Source: Patescibacteria group bacterium (GTDB lineage: Bacteria > Patescibacteriota > WWE3 > UBA101185 > 2-01-FULL-41-18). Taken from it: a stretch of 64,000 nt of DNA. Position 1 is the stretch's first letter. Every line of letters starts with the position of its first letter. The stretch lies in the NCBI GenBank assembly GCA_038064575.1, contig JBBTST010000001.1, positions 35,650-99,649 on the forward strand. The letters run 5' to 3'. Made by a program: the position numbers and the translations under genes. Of the stretch, positions 56,991-64,000 are shown in pieces. A model generated the notes under the pieces. The model had not been told where the DNA came from and ran no database searches. It was given only the letters and a program-made list of their open reading frames with translations.

Positions 56991-57854
56991 ATGGATCAGC
57001 CAGTAAATCAATCGGAAACTCAGAGTCCGGGCTATGTTGAGGTCCCAAAGCCTTTAGAGTCGCCTCATAAAGATTTTAAACCCTTAATTTACTCACTTAT
57101 ACTCATAACCTCAATTTTCATAATTTATAAGGTGCTTATCTTCAATATAAACCCTGTTCAAAGGGTTGAGATCAAAGAAACACCTATTAAACAGCCAATA
57201 ACTCCAAAAAGACAAGAACCACCTTTGCTTATCCAAAAGGAAATCAACGTTACCGGAGTGTTAAGATATAGTGGTTTAAGCAGCGAGGATGAACAAAGAC
57301 TTGGGTTAGAAGGGGTGGAGTATCAACTCTCAGAGACCTGGGATGAAGATACAAACGGATACTTTCTAATTCCTGCTAGTGGATTTAGTTTCTTGACAGA
57401 GCTATCGGGGAGCGTTGGCAAATGCTTGGCTGTGACTGGAGAAATACCACTGGACTGGGCTACCAAAGATAAAATCGATTATTACTATAGATTGGGCCTT
57501 AATGTGTCAAGCATACAATTAAGAGATTTTTCCCAATGTAACCCTTACCAACATTATGGAAAATCTGAGAATTCTAAAATTGACAAAACATTCACCGGGA
57601 CAATTACTAAAATCAATAGACCTGCTCCTGACATCAATTATGATTATGAAATTAAGCTTGATAATGCGTATCTGGACAATATGAACGCAAGTGGCAGGAG
57701 TCAGGTAGTTACAAGCTTTGTTATTATGCCGTCAACAAACAAAATATGGCAGGAGATTGAAGAAAGCATTGGAAAAGCCGTTAAGATTTCTGGCGCATTC
57801 GAATGGGGCTATGCTGAATCAACTTATTTTAACGTAGCAGAAATCTCATTCTAA
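56991..57854 (+). CDS. membrane-anchored protein with two OB-fold-like repeats
   Basis: TM; VTGVL...VGKCLAVTG and FTGTI...IGKAVKISG; start re-called to ATG at 56991. Confidence 0.65.
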   Translation: MDQPVNQSETQSPGYVEVPKPLESPHKDFKPLIYSLILITSIFIIYKVLIFNINPVQRVEIKETPIKQPITPKRQEPPLLIQKEINVTGVLRYSGLSSEDEQRLGLEGVEYQLSETWDEDTNGYFLIPASGFSFLTELSGSVGKCLAVTGEIPLDWATKDKIDYYYRLGLNVSSIQLRDFSQCNPYQHYGKSENSKIDKTFTGTITKINRPAPDINYDYEIKLDNAYLDNMNASGRSQVVTSFVIMPSTNKIWQEIEESIGKAVKISGAFEWGYAESTYFNVAEISF

Positions 57855-57923
57855 ATAAGATTCAAATATAAAGTTGGCTTTTATTAACCCCTTCTTTATT
57901 TTTTAGACTTGTAGTATAACTAT

Positions 57924-58628
57924 ATGACTATGACAAAAAATAAAACCTTAGCAATTATCGTGTTCGCATTATTGATTCTCCTTTCTCTTGGCTTTTACAT
58001 AGTAACCAAAAGCTCTACTAGTAAGGAGTCAATCAAAAAACCCGGCGAGAATGAACTTACAACTCAGCAAGAAGAAACTAAAACAGAAAAACAAGAGATA
58101 AAAGGTTCCCTCTTTGACTTAATTGGCCTTAATAAAACTCTTAAATGCTCCTATTCAAGTGACACCTATAAAATGCGTGGAGAGAGCTATATTTCAGGGA
58201 AAAATGTAAGAACCAATGCCTCAATTGATGTTAACGGGCAAGCTATGGACACCTATATGATAACAGATGGTACATGGTTGTATTCGTGGACATCCGCTTC
58301 AAAGATGGGTACCAAAATGAATTTGGAGGAACTTAAAAAAAGCATGGAAACACCAACCACTACACCAGCTGAAGATGCCATACCAAACGCACAAACGGAA
58401 AAAAACTATGAAGCTTACAAAAATGAATTTAATTACGATTGCAACACTTGGCTAGCAGATAATTCTGTGTTTGCAATCCCTTCTGATATAACTTTCACAG
58501 ATCTTGGCCAGACCCTTAATAATCTGATGCCAAAGAACAGCAATGCAAAAGAGAGCGCATGTAAAGCGTGCGATATGATCAATGATGAGGCATCAAAAAC
58601 TCAGTGCAAAAAGCAATTAGGCTGCTAA
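57924..58628 (+). CDS. membrane-anchored hypothetical protein with Cys-rich C-terminus
   Basis: TM; KCSY, YDC..W, ACKAC...C....GC. Confidence 0.75.
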   Translation: MTMTKNKTLAIIVFALLILLSLGFYIVTKSSTSKESIKKPGENELTTQQEETKTEKQEIKGSLFDLIGLNKTLKCSYSSDTYKMRGESYISGKNVRTNASIDVNGQAMDTYMITDGTWLYSWTSASKMGTKMNLEELKKSMETPTTTPAEDAIPNAQTEKNYEAYKNEFNYDCNTWLADNSVFAIPSDITFTDLGQTLNNLMPKNSNAKESACKACDMINDEASKTQCKKQLGC

Positions 58629-60323
58629 CTGTCTGGAAAGCTCTAACTTACGTTTTTGAAGGTATTCTCTATGCTTGCTCTTTTCTTTCTCAAATAACCC
58701 TTCCTCAAATTTATAATTCTTAATTAAATTTGAAGCAAACTCAGCACCAACAAAATGCGGCATAACAACATAGCTTGTACCAAGTTCATAAAGTTTAAGT
58801 GCCTCATCAACATCATCGCTCAATATAATAATGATTGCCTCTTTGTTTTCTCTTCTAACCCTGTCTACAAGCAAGCAATTAGCTTCAAAATCCGGTATGG
58901 TTGACACAACTAGTTTTGTTTGGGATATATCAAGTTCATCCAAAAATTCTGTGTCTTCAATATCCCCATAAATATTTGGCACACCTTCCTGAGTAGCTCT
59001 TTTGATTGACTCTGGGTCAAAATCTATAACTAAAAACTTTAAATTAAGACTTTTGAATAGCTGTACAAAGTCTCCCCCCACTCTATGATAACCGGCCAGG
59101 ATAGCTTCAAAGTTGTGGGGTGTTTCAAATTTAGCCCTGTTAACCTTTCTAACCTCAAATACTGTTAAATACCTAGACAGTTTTTGATAAATTTTTTCTG
59201 CGTAAAGAATCAGATAAGTAGACCCGGCAATTGTTATTATCCCTATAAAAGTGACTACTGAAAGGGCATCTTTAGAAACGTGTCCTACTTTAAAGCCTAA
59301 TGCCATAAGTATTAATGAAAACTCGCTAATCTGAGCCACGGTAAGACCGCACAAAAATCCAACCCTTTTCTTAAAGCCCAAAATATTCATGAGAAGCAAC
59401 ACAATCAAGGGATTGCCAACCAAAATGAACACAGAAAGGATTATTATGGGTCCCAAATATATTTGCAGGTTTTGAAACACCATCTCTCTACCAAGAAGTA
59501 TAAAAAACAATATTATGAAAAAATCCCTCAGAGGCTTAAGCCGCGAACCAATTTCATAAGAATAAGGAGTCATAGATAGAGAAACACCGGCTACCAGTGC
59601 ACCAATTTCAACTGATAAGCCAAGTTTGTGATACAAAACTCCAATAGTAAGTCCCCAAGCTAAAGAAAAAATAAATAGAAGTTCTTGAGATTTTGCTAAA
59701 AAGGTTCCAAACTTAGGCAGAACTAAGTTTGAAATTGCAAAAATGGTTAATAGGAGTAAAAGTCCCTTAACAAGAGTAAGAGAAACGCTAACAAACAAGC
59801 TTTGTCCGGAAGGTGAAACAGTCAATGTAGAAATGGCAACCAGTAGTAGAGTAGCAATAAGATCCTGAACCAATAGAAAACCAATAGAAATTTTGCCATA
59901 CAGTTTATTAACATCACCTTTATCAGAGAGTAGTTTTAAAATTATTATTGTACTGCTAAAGGTTATAGCTACTGCAATATATACTGATTCTAAAAGTGTA
60001 AAACCCAAATAAGCTACTATAAAAAATCCTATTACTGAGGTAAATACAACCTGACCTATGCCGGTTACTAATGATACAGGACCAACATCTTTAACAACTT
60101 TTGGACTTAAACCCAAGCCAACAATAAATAAAAGCGCCGTAATACCTATCTTTGAAAACAACTCAATCACCTCTGTTGATTTGAGTAAATTCAAAAGATA
60201 AGGTCCAACCAAAACCCCCGTAATAATATAACCTATAATAAAAGGTTGTCTTAACAGCCTCATCACTACAGAAACAACCGCGGCTATTAAAACAATGAGA
60301 CTGATTTCTGTAAAAAGATCCAT
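58617..60323 (-). CDS. CPA2 cation/H+ antiporter with RCK (TrkA-N) domain
   Basis: FSST, LVQD, QISEFS; GYHRVG, IDFDP, YGD. Confidence 0.92.
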   Translation of the reverse strand: MDLFTEISLIVLIAAVVSVVMRLLRQPFIIGYIITGVLVGPYLLNLLKSTEVIELFSKIGITALLFIVGLGLSPKVVKDVGPVSLVTGIGQVVFTSVIGFFIVAYLGFTLLESVYIAVAITFSSTIIILKLLSDKGDVNKLYGKISIGFLLVQDLIATLLLVAISTLTVSPSGQSLFVSVSLTLVKGLLLLLTIFAISNLVLPKFGTFLAKSQELLFIFSLAWGLTIGVLYHKLGLSVEIGALVAGVSLSMTPYSYEIGSRLKPLRDFFIILFFILLGREMVFQNLQIYLGPIIILSVFILVGNPLIVLLLMNILGFKKRVGFLCGLTVAQISEFSLILMALGFKVGHVSKDALSVVTFIGIITIAGSTYLILYAEKIYQKLSRYLTVFEVRKVNRAKFETPHNFEAILAGYHRVGGDFVQLFKSLNLKFLVIDFDPESIKRATQEGVPNIYGDIEDTEFLDELDISQTKLVVSTIPDFEANCLLVDRVRRENKEAIIIILSDDVDEALKLYELGTSYVVMPHFVGAEFASNLIKNYKFEEGLFEKEKSKHREYLQKRKLELSRQLAA

Positions 60324-60339
60324 GTAAAACCTTTAAAAA

Positions 60340-61284
60340 TTACTTTACAAGCACAATTGCGTTTGGCAGAAGTCTCCCAGGGCCCACTTTATATCCTCCA
60401 TCTATATACATAGCTGCCGAGCCTCCCCCATCAAGATTAAGCGCATGTTTAACTCCAAGGGCTCTCATTGCATAAGCTGCATCCAAAACTGTTGCTCTGG
60501 TAATTTGGGCAAGATACACATTACTACCATCAGAACCTATTGCCCCCCTTAACCCCTTCACATTTTTTTGCACTGAGGTCAAATCATTAAGATTAACAAC
60601 AATATTTCCGTCTTTAAGAAGCATTGGGTAATTGGACAACCCTGCGGTAACAGAGGAGTTTTTGTAGGTGCTTGAGTCTTTATAAAACTTTGCGGATGTA
60701 CCACTGAAGGTTGCAAGACCCGTTTTATTCCAGGTCAAAGCTTTTTTGTTCATCCACTTTGTTTTATTGGAATTGTAAAAGGCATAATCATACGAATTGA
60801 TTTTGCTTTTACAGGTGGCATAATCCGGTGGACAGAAGTAACTTCCATTCATAGCAGCATATGCGTTATTTTCTTTAACATACTGCAAAAGAGGCTTTAC
60901 AGGACAGTTACCCTTACAATCATCCTTATTTGCTGCAACAGTTTTAACTCTGACTTTTGACAGAGGCATTTTTATAAGAAAAACACCAAACTTACCCTTT
61001 TCTGTGTTCACATACTGATAACTATAACCTTCCTTAACAGCGACACCAGCAACTGAGGGCACATTGGAAGTCTTTTCAAGCTCCGTTTGCTCCTGAGAAG
61101 TTGAATCTATAACAGGGGCATCACCAGGAATCTGAATGACTTGAGATTTAAGCATATCACTCTCTTCCTCTTTCAATCTTTCCTGGGAAGCATCCAAAAC
61201 AAAAGACTTTCCACTAACACCATTAACTAGATACAAAAATATGGGAAGCAGGAGTATTACAAAAAACAAAATTTTAAATCTCAT
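60340..61284 (-). CDS. phosphodiester glycosidase (NAGPA-like) family protein
   Basis: AMNGSYF, RGAIG, ALNLDGGGS, NAI; start re-called to 61284. Confidence 0.85.
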   Translation of the reverse strand: MRFKILFFVILLLPIFLYLVNGVSGKSFVLDASQERLKEEESDMLKSQVIQIPGDAPVIDSTSQEQTELEKTSNVPSVAGVAVKEGYSYQYVNTEKGKFGVFLIKMPLSKVRVKTVAANKDDCKGNCPVKPLLQYVKENNAYAAMNGSYFCPPDYATCKSKINSYDYAFYNSNKTKWMNKKALTWNKTGLATFSGTSAKFYKDSSTYKNSSVTAGLSNYPMLLKDGNIVVNLNDLTSVQKNVKGLRGAIGSDGSNVYLAQITRATVLDAAYAMRALGVKHALNLDGGGSAAMYIDGGYKVGPGRLLPNAIVLVK

Positions 61285-61359
61285 AACTATTCTACTCAAA
61301 TTATAGAGGCTAACACAAAAAATATGCAAACAGTTGGCGCTATATGATAAAATTTCACA

Positions 61360-62127
61360 ATGGCAGCCTCAATAGACCAAAAAGAAGAACTTAAAAATAA
61401 AGCAGTAGAAGAAAGAGAAGCAGGAAATCTCAAAAAAGCGTTAGGGCTGTTTGAAGAGGTATTGAAGGCACATAAAGAAGAGAAAAATTTAAAAGGCCTT
61501 ATTGATGTTTTAGGCCAAATTCGCATAACCTATACAAAACTAGCTGAGGAAGAAAGCGACCCCCTAGAGAAGGCTCATTTACAAAAAGAAGCCCACCGCT
61601 GCGCCCTGGAGGCTGTGGAAATGGCTGAAACCGGAGGAAGGCAGCTTCTGGGACAGCTTCAAATCTCTAAGGTGCACTTAGCAAGCACCATTCTAACTCA
61701 TTCTAAAACCATGGAAATAGAAGAAAAAACAAAAGAGTTGGAAAATGCACTGCTTACATTAAATGAGGCTATTGCAAATCTTCCAGGAAGCAAAGCCCAC
61801 AAAGCTTGGCCACTAAATATTAAGGCTAAAGTTTTGTATGACTTAGATAGGGAAGAAGAAGCATTTTCTATTCTGCTTGAAGCAGAAAAAGCCCTATATG
61901 ACGGTTATGATGATGAAATTAAAAATGCTGATCAGGCTGAGCTTAAGCTAAATATTTGGCTTGCAGGGATTCATTTAACAAGAGCAAACATTTGTGCTTT
62001 GGAAGGAAAACATGTGTTGGCCAAACATTATGCTAGTGCCATACTCGCAATTGATGATCCCAAAAATACACTTGGAGAACGCAAGAAAGAAGCAAAAGCA
62101 ATCTTAGCGCAGCTTTCCTCTCAATAG
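61360..62127 (+). CDS. TPR-like helical repeat protein
   Basis: Ala/Leu/Glu helical repeats (GNLKKALGLFEEVL, DREEEAFSILLEA). Confidence 0.75.
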   Translation: MAASIDQKEELKNKAVEEREAGNLKKALGLFEEVLKAHKEEKNLKGLIDVLGQIRITYTKLAEEESDPLEKAHLQKEAHRCALEAVEMAETGGRQLLGQLQISKVHLASTILTHSKTMEIEEKTKELENALLTLNEAIANLPGSKAHKAWPLNIKAKVLYDLDREEEAFSILLEAEKALYDGYDDEIKNADQAELKLNIWLAGIHLTRANICALEGKHVLAKHYASAILAIDDPKNTLGERKKEAKAILAQLSSQ

Positions 62128-62128
62128 C

Positions 62129-62899
62129 TCATCTTTCTTTTTTGCAAAGCAGCGCCATAAACAAGGGAAACTCAAGCCTTGCCCTATCCTCAATGAAAGC
62201 TTTTGAACCTTGACTCTTCTTATCTGAAAGCCATTCGTCTATTAGCTCTACCACAAAACCATTATCTTTTAAAAGCCTTAAATAAGAACTTAAGGGTAAG
62301 TGATAAGACCAGGTTATTTCCGACTTTTCTTTTTTACCCGGATGAATTGCCACTGGAATTTTTAAGGGTGTCATGTATCTGTTTATTCTTCTATATTGCA
62401 CTTTATTTTTTTCATCAAAGCCCCAAAGGCTTTGCCTTGGTATTCTAAAGCAGGGGTGGTTTAATACTATTAATAACTTTCCGTCTTTTTTCAAGTGTCT
62501 TGCAGCATTTGCCAAAACAACCGATGGGTTTTGCATGTTTTGGAGGCAAAGCAGCAAAACAGCATGTGTAAAATCCTTTGAGTTTAAACTCACTTGTTTA
62601 GTAAGATCAGAAACTGCAAAGGAGACATTGCTACTGAACGACCTAGCTTTTTCAACCAGTTTATGTGAAACATCAACTCCTAAATATCTTGCCCCTGGCG
62701 GAATATGATTTGAAAAAAAACCCTGGCCACACCCAAGATCTAGAATTGAAGAGGTTGAATCCATGTTCAATAGCTTCAAAGCCTTTGGAACAATCACATT
62801 CTGATGGTAATAATGACCCTCTTTACTAACTATTTTTGAATACCAGTTACTAACATTATCCCAAGATGTCTCCTTTTTTTCAGCTGCTTTAGCTTTCAT
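62129..62899 (-). CDS. class I SAM-dependent methyltransferase
   Basis: ILDLGCGQG, GVDVS, LKKDG, NHPCF. Confidence 0.9.
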   Translation of the reverse strand: MKAKAAEKKETSWDNVSNWYSKIVSKEGHYYHQNVIVPKALKLLNMDSTSSILDLGCGQGFFSNHIPPGARYLGVDVSHKLVEKARSFSSNVSFAVSDLTKQVSLNSKDFTHAVLLLCLQNMQNPSVVLANAARHLKKDGKLLIVLNHPCFRIPRQSLWGFDEKNKVQYRRINRYMTPLKIPVAIHPGKKEKSEITWSYHLPLSSYLRLLKDNGFVVELIDEWLSDKKSQGSKAFIEDRARLEFPLFMALLCKKER

Positions 62900-62934
62900 T
62901 TCTTAATTATCCCAAAATAAGCTAGACTTGGGAA

Positions 62935-64000
62935 ATGAAGCTTGGCTTCGGCGCAAATACTAAAAAACTACTTATCATTTATGCATTTTATGTTATTGGA
63001 ATAACCTTAATACCCTTTTTACTTGGCTCTGTTGGGTTGATGAGCACACCAATTAGAACTTTTAAGGAACTCTTCTTTGCAGTTTGGGGATATGGCTGGG
63101 ATGGGATGCACTATATAGAAATTGCCCAGCGCGGCTACAAATTTCCAAATCAGGCTTTTTTTCCTCTTTACCCTCTGCTTTTAAAAACTTTAAACTTTAT
63201 CCTACCCCTAACTTTAAGTTATAGAGTTAATTTGCTGCTGCTACCGGCATTCTTGTTCTGCTCAATAAAGCTTATGGACCAATATTCCTTTGATTACAAA
63301 CAAAAATTAAAGGCCGTAATTGTGTTTTTACTGTTTCCTTCGTCATTTATACTTCAGTCAAACTACACTGAAACTCTTTTTATACTCCTTTCTATACTCA
63401 CGTTTCTATTTCTCTTTAAAGAAAAATTTCTTTATGCGTCCTTATTTTCAGCTTTGGCAACAGCAACCAGGTTTAATGGTATTATTCTTTCTTTGATTAT
63501 TGTCTATTCCTTTACCAAACATCATAGAGCTCAACTCAAAAGAGTGACAACATTCTTTAAAACATTACTTCTTTTTAGTATCTCAAACCTTGGGTTAATC
63601 ATTTACCTTTTATATTTAAATACTTTTCAAAAAACGTATACAGTTTTATTTAGGGCTCAGGGAGAATGGGGAAGATCCCAAAACATTCTTCAAAACATGG
63701 TTAGTGTACCTCTAAAGTTAATTCCGGACACAATTAACTCAGCAAGGCACCTTGACCCTTGGTTCACGCGGGAGTTAATTCAAAACTCCATTTTTATTTT
63801 AGCCCTAATTCTCTTGGTGGTCTCTTTTAAAAAACTTAAAACTGAACTTTATTTATTTTCACTAGCCCAGGTACTTTTACCTTTAGCAACGGGGACGCTT
63901 ATCAGTTTCCCAAGGTTATTTTTACTTGCCTTTCCTTTGATTTTTTATGGAAGCAAATTTTTGATAAAGGAGGAGTTTTTTTATGCTTATGCCTTCTTAT
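62935..64000 (+). CDS. PIG-V-like (GT-C) mannosyltransferase; partial, runs off the window and is absent from the ORF track
   Basis: open frame from ATG 62935: WDGMHYIEIAQRGY, AFFPLYP, YTETLF, ATRFNG. Confidence 0.85.
   Translation, partial: MKLGFGANTKKLLIIYAFYVIGITLIPFLLGSVGLMSTPIRTFKELFFAVWGYGWDGMHYIEIAQRGYKFPNQAFFPLYPLLLKTLNFILPLTLSYRVNLLLLPAFLFCSIKLMDQYSFDYKQKLKAVIVFLLFPSSFILQSNYTETLFILLSILTFLFLFKEKFLYASLFSALATATRFNGIILSLIIVYSFTKHHRAQLKRVTTFFKTLLLFSISNLGLIIYLLYLNTFQKTYTVLFRAQGEWGRSQNILQNMVSVPLKLIPDTINSARHLDPWFTRELIQNSIFILALILLVVSFKKLKTELYLFSLAQVLLPLATGTLISFPRLFLLAFPLIFYGSKFLIKEEFFYAYAFL

Noticed and set aside
1264-62708. Numerous 60-145 aa ORFs antisense to or nested within confident genes
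   Set aside because: Shadow ORFs without motifs or expression signals.
1-64000. CRISPR array, rRNA, transposase, integrase, prophage, or stop-codon reassignment
   Set aside because: No periodic repeat-spacer pattern or hallmark genes seen; genes end normally at TGA, TAA and TAG.

Overview
Gene-dense, AT-rich bacterial window using standard code 11 (TGA = stop). The gene content (many N-terminally anchored hypothetical proteins, sortase, type IV pilin, DipZ, VanW, DUF4349) suggests Patescibacteria/CPR, possibly WWE3 or Microgenomates; this placement is inference. Main contents: (1) a greA/greA-like/M49-like/lysS/HD operon; (2) a ~13.5 kb surface-glycan locus with seven predicted glycosyltransferase domains in three polypeptides, a fused flippase, a kinase-like protein, a secreted glycoside hydrolase, an LAATG-tagged protein and a sortase; (3) DipZ plus thioredoxin; (4) tRNA-Glu(CTC) and tRNA-Gln(CTG), each next to apparently foreign DNA; (5) a four-gene ApbE/di-heme ferric-reductase-like operon with no canonical FMN-acceptor domain; (6) an MFS gene behind a putative leaderless-uORF attenuator; (7) copper and zinc genes. 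The best candidates for an undescribed system are the ApbE operon (29897-32953) and the glycan-sortase locus (5731-19203). Many genes appear to be leaderless, with a -10 box 6-8 nt before the start codon. All calls come from reading motifs by eye; no database searches were run.
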